From an uncultured Erysipelotrichaceae bacterium (GTDB taxonomy: Bacteria; Bacillota_I; Bacilli_A; Erysipelotrichales; Erysipelotrichaceae), in NCBI GenBank assembly GCA_946622165.1, contig CAMOPG010000001.1, positions 7,158-71,157 on the forward strand: a stretch of DNA of 64,000 nucleotides, written 5' to 3'. Every line of letters begins with the position of its first letter. Position 1 is the stretch's first letter. Positions 1-9,763 of the stretch are shown here, one piece after another. The notes under the pieces were generated by a model. It saw only the letters and a list, made by a program, of their open reading frames with translations. It was not told the origin of the DNA and made no database searches. The position numbers were made by a program, and so were the translations under genes.

Positions 1-481
1 GATAGTCCGCAGCTTCTTCCCTCGTCAGCTCACCATGACGGATCAGATCCTCGACCAGAGTATGATCCGTTGTCAGCTGGCGGAATTCAGTATTCTCGAA
101 ACGGTAACCGTAAACACGGCTGTCTCCGATATTGACGACAAATCTGCCGCAGCCTGTCAGAATGACCGCTGCCAGCGTTGTACCCATGCCGTTCAGCCGT
201 TCATCCTTTGTGCCCATTTCAAGAATGGTCCTGTTGACTGCGTTGATCTCTGTTTTCAGCCATCTCTTGAGATCGCCTTCATCAGTGAATGCATCGGTCT
301 GTGAGAATGCCTCGGAGATGTGTCTGACAGCAGTGCGTGATGCAACATCACCGCCTCTGGCACCGCCGATCCCGTCACAGACCATAAGGAAAAGATCATG
401 TGCATGATTTGCACTGACCATATAACTGTCCTGATTGCTTTTCCGCGCAAGTCCGCGGTCAGTTATCCCGTAGTATTTCAT
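1..481 (-). CDS. PP2C-family Ser/Thr protein phosphatase (Stp/PrpC-like), N-terminal part only; the C-terminus lies beyond the window start
   Basis: Not in the ORF track because there is no stop in the window. The reverse complement from the ATG at 481..479 reads MKYYGITDRGLARKSNQDSYMVSANHAHDLFLMVCDGIGGARGGDVAS...GMGTTLAAV...NIGDSRVY, which carries PP2C motifs. It has an ATGA overlap with the rlmN stop. The rlmN-stp order is usual in Firmicutes. Confidence 0.85.
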   Translation of the reverse strand, partial: MKYYGITDRGLARKSNQDSYMVSANHAHDLFLMVCDGIGGARGGDVASRTAVRHISEAFSQTDAFTDEGDLKRWLKTEINAVNRTILEMGTKDERLNGMGTTLAAVILTGCGRFVVNIGDSRVYGYRFENTEFRQLTTDHTLVEDLIRHGELTREEAADY

Positions 482-1521
482 CTGGATACAGACCTTTCAT
501 GTTTTGCCCGCAGCTGTCCGCAGGCAGCGTCAATATCATCGCCATGTGTCGTTCTGAGCGTCGCCTTGACTCCGTTCTTCATCAGAACATCATAGAAGTG
601 CAGCGCGCCTTTGGCATCCGTCTTGTGATATCCGTTCTCATCCACTTCATTGTAGGGAATCAGGTTCACATAGGCATTCATGCCGCGGATCAGATCTGCC
701 AGTGTTCTGGCATGATCATCCGTATCATTGACGCCCTTCAGCAGAATATATTCAAATGTGAGACGTCTGTGATTGTCCGTACTGTAATCCTTCAGGGCTG
801 TCATCAGCTCATCCAGGGGGTATGCCCTGTTGATCGGCATCAGTCTGCTTCTCAGTTCATCCGTAGGTGCATGAAGCGAAATTGCCAGATTGTACTGCAG
901 ATGCCTTGCGGCGAATTCCCTGATCTTCGGAACGATCCCGCAGGTGGAGATCGTGATATGTCTTGCGCCGATCGCCAGTCCGTGATCACTGTTGATCACG
1001 CCGCAGAAGTCCATGACATGATCAAAATTATCAAACGGTTCCCCGGTGCCCATGACGACAACATTATCGACACGTTTTTCTTCAGCATCCAGTTCCTTCT
1101 GAATGTACATGATCTGTCCGGTAATTTCACCGGCCGTCAGATTCCTCTGTTTTTTCAGAAGCCCGGATGCGCAGAATGTGCATCCCATGTTGCATCCGAC
1201 CTGGGAAGATACGCAAACGCTCTCTCCGAAATTAAAGTGCATGAGAACTGTTTCGATCGTCATTCCGTCTTCCAGTTCAAACAGATATTTGGCTGTCAGA
1301 TCCCTGGCAACCTGCTTCTCGATCAGTTTTACCGGCATGATGACGTATTTCTCTTTCAGCTGCGCGATCAAAGCAGCCGGCAGATCCGTCATCTCATCAA
1401 ATGACTGAACCCGTTTCCGGTACAGCCACGTATAAAGCTGTTTTGCCCGGTATGGTTTCTGCCCCATTTCACCGAGCACTTCTTCCAGCTGTTTCAATGT
1501 ATAGTCATATATCGTCTGCAT
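478..1521 (-). CDS. rlmN: 23S rRNA/tRNA adenine-C2 methyltransferase RlmN (radical SAM)
   Basis: 347-aa ORF with a radical-SAM CxxxCxxC motif (CNMGCTFC) and a C-terminal DIDAACGQL motif typical of RlmN/Cfr. Its position between rsmB and the phosphatase fits. Confidence 0.93.
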   Translation of the reverse strand: MQTIYDYTLKQLEEVLGEMGQKPYRAKQLYTWLYRKRVQSFDEMTDLPAALIAQLKEKYVIMPVKLIEKQVARDLTAKYLFELEDGMTIETVLMHFNFGESVCVSSQVGCNMGCTFCASGLLKKQRNLTAGEITGQIMYIQKELDAEEKRVDNVVVMGTGEPFDNFDHVMDFCGVINSDHGLAIGARHITISTCGIVPKIREFAARHLQYNLAISLHAPTDELRSRLMPINRAYPLDELMTALKDYSTDNHRRLTFEYILLKGVNDTDDHARTLADLIRGMNAYVNLIPYNEVDENGYHKTDAKGALHFYDVLMKNGVKATLRTTHGDDIDAACGQLRAKHERSVSR

Positions 1522-1526
1522 GTGTT

Positions 1527-2759
1527 CTATTCTAGCATAAACCTGTCCGTTTTTTTCAGCTGAGCGACATAGAAACCATCGCTGTTCAGTTCAAACGGAA
1601 AGAATGTCTTTTCCTTCATCAGTGTAAATTCAGGGTGTTCCTTCAGAAATAATGCGATCTGATTCTCATTTTCTTTACGGTTCAATGTACATGTACTGTA
1701 GACAAGTATCCCGCCGGGTTTCAGTGACTGCGCACTGGCCGCAAGGATCTTTTTCTGTATCACCGCCAGTTCATCAAGATCTTCCGGTGATGTATGCAGA
1801 CGGATCTCCGGTTTTCCCCTGAGATCACCGAGTCCCGAACACGGTACATCGGCAAGGATACGGTCATAGAGCACGTCTTGCGCAGGTTGTGTTCCATCAC
1901 GCACCTGAGCGTTCACGATACTGACGCCTGTCCGTTCCATCAGTCTGCTGATCAGTTCCACGCGGTGCTCATAAAGATCACATGCATCGATCCTGCCCGT
2001 ATCTTTCATCAGCATTGCTATCTCCTGTGTCTTGGTGCCGGGTGCGGCACAGACATCCAGCACCCGCATGCCGGGTTCCGCTTCCAGGTATTCCGGGATC
2101 ATCGCTGATGCAATATCCTGTATGATCACCTGTCCGTTCCTGAACCAGTCCGTGTCTGTGAGATTGCCGTCAAACGTAAAACTGATGTCATTCAGGAAAT
2201 GCACGCGTTCATCTTTCTGCAGTTCCTCTTTTGTGATCTTCAGTGTATTGATCCTGCCGTAGACCTGGCCTCTTGTCTGATCGTGTTCGGCGATCTTCAG
2301 AGCTGTTTCTTTCCCGTAATGAGCGCTCCACAGCTTCAGCAGCCAGAGCGGATGACTGAAGCGCAGTGCCGCCGTCTCGATCTCATCTGTGCTTTCGACC
2401 GCTCGTTCCTGCTGTTTCTGTACCTTTCTGAGCACTGCATTCACAAAGCTCTTGTCCTTTTTGGAGCTCATCTCTACAGCCTCGTTGATGACCGCATAGT
2501 CAGGCACTTTATCCAGATACAGCATCTGATATACGCTCATGTTCAGCAGCACCGCCGTTTTCGGTCTGACAGACTTTGCAAAATGCTTCCACTGGTATTC
2601 CAGCCATGTATAATTCCGCAGCGTTCCGTATACGATCTCAGAGATCAGTCCCATGTCCTGCACGGAAAAATCCATCTGCTTTCTCAGCAGCAGATTTGCA
2701 TATCCGTGATTCACAACAACCTGTTCCAGCACGTTCAGTGCATATTGTCTTGGATTCAT
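1527..2759 (-). CDS. rsmB: 16S rRNA (cytosine-C5)-methyltransferase RsmB/Sun
   Basis: NusB-like N-terminal domain plus a SAM methyltransferase core (DVCAAPGTKT, VPCSGLG, STCT). The ORF-track start at 2774 is a TTG. The ATG at 2759 (MNPRQ...) is preceded by GAGGAG and is preferred. Confidence 0.9.
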   Translation of the reverse strand: MNPRQYALNVLEQVVVNHGYANLLLRKQMDFSVQDMGLISEIVYGTLRNYTWLEYQWKHFAKSVRPKTAVLLNMSVYQMLYLDKVPDYAVINEAVEMSSKKDKSFVNAVLRKVQKQQERAVESTDEIETAALRFSHPLWLLKLWSAHYGKETALKIAEHDQTRGQVYGRINTLKITKEELQKDERVHFLNDISFTFDGNLTDTDWFRNGQVIIQDIASAMIPEYLEAEPGMRVLDVCAAPGTKTQEIAMLMKDTGRIDACDLYEHRVELISRLMERTGVSIVNAQVRDGTQPAQDVLYDRILADVPCSGLGDLRGKPEIRLHTSPEDLDELAVIQKKILAASAQSLKPGGILVYSTCTLNRKENENQIALFLKEHPEFTLMKEKTFFPFELNSDGFYVAQLKKTDRFMLE

Positions 2760-2770
2760 CGTCTCTCTCC

Positions 2771-4933
2771 TCAATCCAGTACAAGCGGATTGACATCGAT
2801 CCGCAGGTCTTTGATCCGGCTGCCTTCCGGACTGCCCAGGAATGCTCTGACATCCCGGCGCATTTCATCCAGGTCCTGCCCTTTCAGAAGCACGCGGCTG
2901 CGGAACCGGTCATTGATCTTCAGAAGCGTCAGCACGCCGATGGTCTTGTAGTTTCCGTTCAGTGCCTGCCGCACGATGTATGCGTCTCTGTCTGCTTTAT
3001 CCTGCGTATCGGAAGAAACAGTCAGTGAGATCATGTATGTATATGGAGGATACATGCCTGCGTGACGGTAGCGCATCTCCTGAACAAAGAACGTATCATA
3101 GTCCTGCTGCTCCGCGCACTGCACGGCATAATGCTCAGGATCAAATACCTGCAGGATCACCTTGCCCGGGTATTCACTCCTGCCGCTGCGGCCTGAGGCC
3201 TGCATCAGCAGATCAAATGACAGTTCACAGCTGCGGAAATCCGTTCTGGTGATCCCTTCATCACCGTTGATGATCCCGACCAGCGTCACATTCGGATAAT
3301 CCAGTCCCTTTGCGATCATCTGCGTACCCAGCAGAATATCGGCTTCACCGTTCCCGAATGCCTTCAGGATCTTTTCATGGGAATTCTTGCGTCCGGTCGT
3401 ATCTGCGTCCATACGCAGTACTCCGGCTGCCGGAAATTTCTCCTGCAGTTCCGCTTCCAGCTTCTGGGTGCCGAAGCCGAATGCCGCAAAGCCGGCTGTG
3501 CTGCCGCATTCAGGACAGGCTTTCGGTACACGCATCACCGTGCCGCATGTGTGGCATTTGAGCAGATGCTCATCGCGGTGCCAGCTCATGGCAATGTCGC
3601 AGTGCGGGCACTTCAGTGCGGTCTGACAGCTCCGGCAGCGGATCACGGAATGATAGCCTCTTCTGTTCAGCAGCAGGATCGCCTGCTGTTTTCTGTCAAG
3701 GCAGTTTCTCAGTTCACCGATCAGTTCATCGGAAAGAATATAAGACTGCCCTTCCTGCATTGCTTTCCGGATATCAACGATACTGATCTCGGGAAGCGTC
3801 ATATTGATGCGCTCATTCATCAGGATCAGGTGATAGACCTTTCTGACTGCACGGGCATATGATTCCAGGGAAGGCGTTGCGCTGCCCAGAACGACAGGAC
3901 AATGATGGTACTTTCCCCTCCATACGGCAACATCACGGCAGTGATATGCCGGCTGGTTTTCCTGTTTGTAGGACGTGTCATGTTCTTCATCCATGACGAT
4001 CAGTCCGAGATTCCTGAACGGCAGGAAAACAGCGCTCCGGGTACCGACGATGACACGGGCTTTATTGCTGTAGACAAGTTTGTACTGTTCGTATTTCTCC
4101 TGCGGGTTCAGACCGGAATGATAGATTGCCAGCGCATTGGAGAACCGCTTTGATACACGTTCGATCATCTGGGGCGTCAGCGCGATCTCAGGCACGAGGA
4201 TCAGTACCTGACGTCCTTCTTCCAGCGCATGCTGTGCAAGATTCAGGTATACTTCCGTTTTTCCCGAACCGGTCACACCTTTGATCAGGAAAACAGGATC
4301 GCTGCTGCTGAGGATCTCATCCACTGCCTTCTGCTGCAGAGGCGTCAGCGTTTTGCCGCTTTCTTCTTCGCTGACCGGCATCAGTGCTTCCTTTTCCACA
4401 CTGAAAACTTCAACAGCGTCTTTTTCGATCAGCTTTGCCAGAACCGACGGATACTTTTTCCGCATTTCCGTATAGGAAGCTTCCCTGCACTCAGCGATCT
4501 CTCTGTAGCATGCCAGCTGTTTCGGCGTCAGCGTGACTTCGTTGTCTTTGATGCGCACTCTGCGCTCCATGACTGCCTGCGTGACTTTTCCGCCCGGCTT
4601 GATCTTTCCCGGCAGCATGCACTGAAAACAGCTGATCGCCGTGGACAGCGTGCTTTCACGCATCCACATCGCAAGATCATGCAGTTCAGGTGTGATCAGC
4701 GGGGCGTCGTCCAGCACGGAGAGCACCGGCTTCAGACTGATGCCAAGACGCTTCTCAGCTTCCTCTTTCGTTTCCTGTGTCTCTGTGACGGATTCCACAA
4801 AACCGATGACATTGCGGTGCGCGAAATTCACGCTCACACGCACACCGGGCTGGATATCCCCGTCATAATAATATGTAAATGTCCGATCGATATGCCTTAC
4901 GGGATGCTCGATCCAGCACTCTGTCAGTTTCAT
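2771..4933 (-). CDS. priA: Primosomal replication-restart helicase PriA
   Basis: 720 aa with Walker A GVTGSGKTEVY, a DEEH box (VMDEEHD) and a Cys-rich zinc insert (CRSC..CPHC...CHTC...CPECGS). Confidence 0.95.
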   Translation of the reverse strand: MKLTECWIEHPVRHIDRTFTYYYDGDIQPGVRVSVNFAHRNVIGFVESVTETQETKEEAEKRLGISLKPVLSVLDDAPLITPELHDLAMWMRESTLSTAISCFQCMLPGKIKPGGKVTQAVMERRVRIKDNEVTLTPKQLACYREIAECREASYTEMRKKYPSVLAKLIEKDAVEVFSVEKEALMPVSEEESGKTLTPLQQKAVDEILSSSDPVFLIKGVTGSGKTEVYLNLAQHALEEGRQVLILVPEIALTPQMIERVSKRFSNALAIYHSGLNPQEKYEQYKLVYSNKARVIVGTRSAVFLPFRNLGLIVMDEEHDTSYKQENQPAYHCRDVAVWRGKYHHCPVVLGSATPSLESYARAVRKVYHLILMNERINMTLPEISIVDIRKAMQEGQSYILSDELIGELRNCLDRKQQAILLLNRRGYHSVIRCRSCQTALKCPHCDIAMSWHRDEHLLKCHTCGTVMRVPKACPECGSTAGFAAFGFGTQKLEAELQEKFPAAGVLRMDADTTGRKNSHEKILKAFGNGEADILLGTQMIAKGLDYPNVTLVGIINGDEGITRTDFRSCELSFDLLMQASGRSGRSEYPGKVILQVFDPEHYAVQCAEQQDYDTFFVQEMRYRHAGMYPPYTYMISLTVSSDTQDKADRDAYIVRQALNGNYKTIGVLTLLKINDRFRSRVLLKGQDLDEMRRDVRAFLGSPEGSRIKDLRIDVNPLVLD

Positions 4934-6034
4934 TTATTTCTCCCGGTCAGCTGTCTGCTGTCCCGTTTTTTCCGGTGCCGCCTGCAGTGCTGCAGCTGAC
5001 ACCAGGTCCTTGATCAGCTTCTTGGTCGTTTCACTTGTACCTGAGTAAGCTGTTGTAATGACCTTCTTCAGTCCTTTGCCGGTGATCTCCTGCACAGTGC
5101 CGGCTCCGCCTGCGGAAAGCGTATTGAACAGATCATCCACAAATATCTTCCGTTCTGCAGGATCGATATTCTCGACCCATTCCTTGACGGACCTTGATAC
5201 CCAGTCACTGACTTTATCATATTCCCCGCAGTCTTCAAAGCCTGTTCCCAGCAGTTTCCACATGAACAGATCATGCTGGAGGAGGCCTGATTCATTGACA
5301 TTGATGATCTCTGTTCTGCCATAGGGAATCTCAAAGATCCTGCCGATCACGCAGAAAGCAGGATTGATCCGTACGATCTTGTCAGCCAGCGGCTCCAGCA
5401 GATGCACGTCGAGAACCTCCGGAGAAAAACCCGGTGAATCATTCGCGTATACTCTGATCAGCTTTTTCCGTTTTTTCGCATCGAGCATCGCGCAGGCATA
5501 GAGCGCGAGATTGCCGCCCTTGGAATGTCCGCCTACATAGTATTTCCGCAGCGGACGCATCACTTTATTCAGGTATTCAGCCGCATATTTCTGTGAGCTG
5601 ATCAGGGAATACGAAAGGATGAAGTCTTCCTTCCAGCCGATGATCGTATTGTCCGTGCCGCGGTAGCTGATATAGGATGTCCAGCTGTCGATCTCAAATT
5701 CGACTGCTGAGAACTGTGTCTGGTCTTCTTCAGAAAAGATCTCGCAGTATTTCCGTACAGTGACGCCTCCGAAACGTACAGAACGGAGGATCATCTTTAC
5801 AGTCTCCTCATACCCGCCTTCCAGTGTCTTCAGATTGTATGCCCCGGGCTGTTCTAAGATATCCGCACAGTCTTTCAGCTTCATTTCCTCTGTTTTGCCG
5901 TCACTGAAAACAGGTGAAAAATCAAGGTAGGAAAGCGCCGCAAAGATCAGATTGTCGGCATCATTGAATCCTGCCTGCGAAAATTTCAGATCACCGCGCC
6001 AGCGGATATACGTTTCCATTGGAGATATTTTCAT
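4934..6034 (-). CDS. Alpha/beta hydrolase, DUF2974 / Mbeg1-like lipase family
   Basis: 366 aa with the nucleophile elbow GGHSKGGNLA and an N-terminal region (YIRWRGDL.F...F...D) typical of the DUF2974 family, recognised by eye. Confidence 0.7.
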   Translation of the reverse strand: MKISPMETYIRWRGDLKFSQAGFNDADNLIFAALSYLDFSPVFSDGKTEEMKLKDCADILEQPGAYNLKTLEGGYEETVKMILRSVRFGGVTVRKYCEIFSEEDQTQFSAVEFEIDSWTSYISYRGTDNTIIGWKEDFILSYSLISSQKYAAEYLNKVMRPLRKYYVGGHSKGGNLALYACAMLDAKKRKKLIRVYANDSPGFSPEVLDVHLLEPLADKIVRINPAFCVIGRIFEIPYGRTEIINVNESGLLQHDLFMWKLLGTGFEDCGEYDKVSDWVSRSVKEWVENIDPAERKIFVDDLFNTLSAGGAGTVQEITGKGLKKVITTAYSGTSETTKKLIKDLVSAAALQAAPEKTGQQTADREK

Positions 6035-6059
6035 AATGCCTCACACGGCGGTCTGCCGT

Positions 6060-7220
6060 TTATTCAAAGTGCCAGCCTTCTTTCCGGCACCACCATTTGG
6101 CTGCTTCAAGACGGAAGCGGTTCTGGAACTGATACCAGTCATCCAGAAGATACAGCTGCGCTACGGCTTCACGGAATCTGCGGAATGCGCCTTTCCCCTG
6201 GATCGCCCTGCCGAGCTTGTTTTTATACTGTGACTGTGTCTCGATAAACGCTTCCATCATCCTGTAATCACTGTATGGAGAATTAAAGAGTTCATGCCTG
6301 TCAGGCATCTGCACAAAGCGGTCGGGATCTTCTTCCAGCATTACCTGCAATTCGTCTTCAGAGCTGCCGTCATAGAGCAACGCCTTATCACTCGGCATGT
6401 ATTCCAGTTCTCCTGTTTTCAGATCATAGTAATACAGCGAATATTCATCCGCCATTTCGATCGCTTCAGCCACGGTTTTCAGTTTGAGACAGGGCTGGCT
6501 GTTCTCACTCATACTGTGATAGCGTACCCAGAGATTGCCTGCCTCGGTAGGCTCGGCACTCATGAGCCGGAATTCATTCATAAAGGAGCCGGCAAACAAG
6601 GGCTTGTCCTTCTCATCTGCCAGTACAGGCGCAATAACAAGACTCAGCTCATCGATCACATCTTTCTTCAGGAAGGCTCCGTCCAGAACACTTCCCCCTT
6701 CCAGAAGGATCGTCCGGATCTCAAAGTGACGGTACAGTTTTTCCAGTGCAGTCTTGATATTCATTACCTTGTTTCCGGCAAAAATATAAGCTACGCCGAT
6801 ACTCCTGTAATAGTGCAGGATCGCGTCCGGAACATTCTCCGTCAATACTTCAATGACATAGCTGTTGTCATATCCGGGATCCTCGTCATGGATCACGGAT
6901 TCCTTCCAGCCGAGCTTTCCTTTTCTGTCAAAGGCAACAGCATATTTTTCCGAGAAATATGCGTCTGCAGGAATATAATCTTCGCGGCTGATCGCTTCAC
7001 AGTTTTCAAAAGCACTCAGGTCCGGGTACCAGCCGTTCGTAAAGCTTCCTTCCATTGTGACTCTTCCGCAGGCAAATGCGTCTGCTTCAAAGTCTCTGTG
7101 GATCCTGTAATAGTCTTCCGCTGCTTTTCTGCCTGCTTCTGTTGAAAGAAATTCACCGGTCACTTTCTGATCGATCGATCCTGTCATATGACAGATCACA
7201 TACGGTCTTTTATTTAACAT
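6060..7220 (-). CDS. Fusion protein: RibD C-terminal (dihydrofolate-reductase-like) domain plus UPF0158 domain
   Basis: The N-terminal ~230 aa resemble RibD_C/DHFR-like reductases (VICHMTGSIDQKVTG...LLEGGSVLDGAFLK..IDELSLVIAPV). The C-terminal ~130 aa end in GKGAFRRFREAV....WYQF, typical of UPF0158. The ATG at 7220 (MLNKRPY) follows GGAGGA. The ORF-track start at 7238 is less likely. Confidence 0.7.
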   Translation of the reverse strand: MLNKRPYVICHMTGSIDQKVTGEFLSTEAGRKAAEDYYRIHRDFEADAFACGRVTMEGSFTNGWYPDLSAFENCEAISREDYIPADAYFSEKYAVAFDRKGKLGWKESVIHDEDPGYDNSYVIEVLTENVPDAILHYYRSIGVAYIFAGNKVMNIKTALEKLYRHFEIRTILLEGGSVLDGAFLKKDVIDELSLVIAPVLADEKDKPLFAGSFMNEFRLMSAEPTEAGNLWVRYHSMSENSQPCLKLKTVAEAIEMADEYSLYYYDLKTGELEYMPSDKALLYDGSSEDELQVMLEEDPDRFVQMPDRHELFNSPYSDYRMMEAFIETQSQYKNKLGRAIQGKGAFRRFREAVAQLYLLDDWYQFQNRFRLEAAKWWCRKEGWHFE

Positions 7221-7262
7221 GCATTCCTCCATCATCATGATCCTTCAGCTCTTCCCGTATGA

Positions 7263-7541
7263 TCAGTCATCCGGGCGGTTCAGGTATTCATTGATCTTTC
7301 TGTTTGTATATTCCGCTTTCTTTTTGCGGATCCATCGTTCTGTATCGCTTTTGATCGCCAGCATTTCATCGACGATCTCTTCCGGTCTGTCCGGTTTTGC
7401 CTTGAGCAGATAGGAAGTCATGCGGTTCATGCTTTTCTCGCCGCTGAGTTCCTGAGCGATCAAAATGCCGAATTCCCGGGGATAACCCATTCTCATCAGG
7501 ACGCCGATCAGTTTATCTGCCGCCTCTTTTTTGCTGTCCAT
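7263..7541 (-). CDS. Hypothetical small protein (92 aa)
   Basis: ORF with a GGGAG Shine-Dalgarno sequence upstream. It is helical and charged, with no motif I can name. Confidence 0.5.
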   Translation of the reverse strand: MDSKKEAADKLIGVLMRMGYPREFGILIAQELSGEKSMNRMTSYLLKAKPDRPEEIVDEMLAIKSDTERWIRKKKAEYTNRKINEYLNRPDD

Positions 7542-7561
7542 ATTTAACTCCCTGCGGACTG

Positions 7562-7756
7562 TCAGTTGTCATCGTCATCTGACAGATAGCTGCGCAGATC
7601 TGTTCCTTTTCTGCGGGCGATCTCGATCAGTTCTTCATCTGAAGCATGCCTGATGTCCGAAGCCTCGATCAGCGCGCCGCCGAAGCCGCCGCCGAAAAAA
7701 GCACCCAGGCTGTCATTTTTCAGATCTTCTCTTAATTTTTCAATATCGATCTTCAT
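7562..7756 (-). CDS. Hypothetical small acidic protein (64 aa) with a Gly-rich FFGGGFGG segment
   Basis: ORF with an AGGAAAAG Shine-Dalgarno-like sequence, on the same strand and tightly spaced with the next two genes. No recognised family. Confidence 0.45.
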   Translation of the reverse strand: MKIDIEKLREDLKNDSLGAFFGGGFGGALIEASDIRHASDEELIEIARRKGTDLRSYLSDDDDN

Positions 7757-7811
7757 ATTCTTTTCCTGCTCTTATATGTGTTCATGATACCATGATGCAG
7801 GAGGTATCTGT

Positions 7812-8645
7812 ATGCGTTACAGTTATGATTTTTCATATTTCGAAACCGCGGCAGAGTGGCTGCGAAAACGGATCGTTCAGAAGCCTGAGATCGCGCTGGT
7901 GCTGGGGTCGAGTCTCGGACCGCTGGCAGAACAGATCAAGGACCCGGTTTCGTTTGATTATGCTGAAATACCGAACTTTCTGATCTCAACAGTCAGTTCA
8001 CATGCCGGAAAGCTGATCTTCGGTACGCTGGCAGGCAGACAGATCGTCTGCATGTCCGGACGTTTTCACAGTTATGAAGGATATGATTTTGAACAGCTCG
8101 TCATTCCTGTGCGTGTACTGAAGCTGCTCGGGGTGAAGGCAGTGATACTGACCAATGCCGCAGGAGGCGTCTGCACAGATTACAGAGCCGGCGATATCAT
8201 GATCATCAAAGACCATATCAAGCTCAACGGAAACAGTCCTTTGAGAGGTCCGAATGTCGAAGAATTCGGTCCCCGCTTCTTTGATGTTTCAAACATGTAC
8301 ACGCCGGAGCTGCGTGAACTGGCAAAGGAATGCGGAAAAGATTCAGGACTGACGCTGCATGAAGGCGTTTATATGTTCATGCCCGGACCGCAGTTTGAGA
8401 CCCCTGCAGAGATCAGGGCGATCCGGATCCTGGGCGGGGATGCTGTGGGAATGTCGACCGTAACAGAAGCACTGACAGCAGCGCATTGCGGCATGAAGGT
8501 GCTTGCCTTCAGCGTCATCACCAATATGGCAGCCGGCGTGCTGGACAGACCGCTGACGACCGAAGAGGTAGATGATACTGCGGAATCGGTATCAGACAGA
8601 TTCTCGGCTTATATTGAAAAAGTCATCGGCCGGATCACGCTGTGA
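7812..8645 (+). CDS. punA: Purine nucleoside phosphorylase, PNP/MTAP family (PunA-like)
   Basis: 277 aa with motifs LGSSLG, GRFHSYEGY, LTNAAGG, PGPQFETPAE and GMSTV. GGAGGT Shine-Dalgarno sequence upstream. Confidence 0.88.
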   Translation: MRYSYDFSYFETAAEWLRKRIVQKPEIALVLGSSLGPLAEQIKDPVSFDYAEIPNFLISTVSSHAGKLIFGTLAGRQIVCMSGRFHSYEGYDFEQLVIPVRVLKLLGVKAVILTNAAGGVCTDYRAGDIMIIKDHIKLNGNSPLRGPNVEEFGPRFFDVSNMYTPELRELAKECGKDSGLTLHEGVYMFMPGPQFETPAEIRAIRILGGDAVGMSTVTEALTAAHCGMKVLAFSVITNMAAGVLDRPLTTEEVDDTAESVSDRFSAYIEKVIGRITL

Positions 8646-8695
8646 TGTGAATATGTTCAGAAAGGTACTGCCGCTGACAGTACCTTTTTCTGTTG

Positions 8696-9763
8696 TCATG
8701 ATTCCTGTGATGAACGGTAGTAAGCGTCAAGGCAGTACGGTGAAAAGATTCCCCGATCCGTAACGATGCCGCTGATCAGTTCCGGAGGCGTCACATCGAA
8801 AGCGGGATAGTATCCTTTGATCCCATCCAGTACATGTTTTCTGCCCATGGACTCCAGGACAAGCGAAGGGTCACGCAGTTCGATCACAACGTTATCCATC
8901 GTCGGATGTCCGATATCCGGTGTGCCTGTCGTATAGTACGGGACGTGATTGTATTGCGCTGCCAGTGCGATCTGCAGTGTTCCGATCTTATTGACCACGT
9001 GTCCGTCCATCGTGATCACATCGGCAGCCGATGTAAACAGATCCACATGCTTTTCACGCATGACATAGGCAGGCATGTTGTCCGTGATGACCGTTGTGTC
9101 AAATCCCATGTCACAGGCAACGCTCGCTGTCAGTCTGGCACCCTGGTAGTAAGGCCTTGTTTCCGGGCAGATGACCTTGATCTCATTGCCCCTTCTGCGG
9201 CATTCCCTGAGCAGCGTTCCGACGATCGTTTCGGCAAAGCACTGCGTCATGATCGTTCCATTGTGCGGTATCTGATCTGCAAGATATTTCGCAGTCCGGT
9301 CATATTTATCATAGTTGTCATTCAGTCTGCAGACTGCTTCCTCAAACAGCATTTCCGGAATATCATTCCGCGGCGTTCCCCGTGCAAGTTCCTTCTCCAG
9401 GCGCACCATTGACCGCTGCGTCACAGCTTCCATCTTTTTGACTGTCGTCGGTCTTGCATGAGACAGCGTATAGGCTGCCTGTTTCATATAGGTCATATAC
9501 TGATCGTCGGAAAGATCCCTGCCTTCATAAGCAGCCAAAGCCATGCCCATCATCGCAGCAGTATAGGGACCGCCGCTCTGCGTCACCATGTCTGCGATCG
9601 CCTGAGCTACTTCCTGATGCTTTGTGCATACAGCATATGTGATCTCTACAGGATAGATCCTGCGGTCAAGAATACGCACAGTACCGTTCTCATACCATGC
9701 AATGTTCTCATATCGCAGAATAAATCCCATTCCTTCATCAGCTCTGTACATATTGCCTCTCAT
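8696..9763 (-). CDS. mtnA: S-methyl-5-thioribose-1-phosphate / 5-deoxyribose-1-phosphate isomerase (MtnA, eIF-2B-like family)
   Basis: eIF-2B alpha/beta/delta-like sequence (ILDRRIYP, GTLQIA, AFDVTPPELISGIVTDRGI). The ORF-track N-terminus (to 9907) overlaps the upstream gene. The ATG at 9763 forms an ATGA overlap with that gene's stop and follows GAAGGAA. Confidence 0.85.
   Translation of the reverse strand: MRGNMYRADEGMGFILRYENIAWYENGTVRILDRRIYPVEITYAVCTKHQEVAQAIADMVTQSGGPYTAAMMGMALAAYEGRDLSDDQYMTYMKQAAYTLSHARPTTVKKMEAVTQRSMVRLEKELARGTPRNDIPEMLFEEAVCRLNDNYDKYDRTAKYLADQIPHNGTIMTQCFAETIVGTLLRECRRRGNEIKVICPETRPYYQGARLTASVACDMGFDTTVITDNMPAYVMREKHVDLFTSAADVITMDGHVVNKIGTLQIALAAQYNHVPYYTTGTPDIGHPTMDNVVIELRDPSLVLESMGRKHVLDGIKGYYPAFDVTPPELISGIVTDRGIFSPYCLDAYYRSSQES

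Noticed and set aside
499-1404. Long antisense ORFs in the track. Examples: 499-1404+, 2199-2951+, 4229-4999+, 6294-7145+, 13640-14437+, 38694-39383-, 39399-40070-, 42659-43279+, 49964-50965+, 51116-51763+, 53817-54782+, 59654-60541+.
   Set aside because: Each lies entirely opposite a gene with strong family motifs. They have no Shine-Dalgarno sequences and their composition is low-complexity or Cys/Arg/His-rich, as is typical of shadow ORFs.
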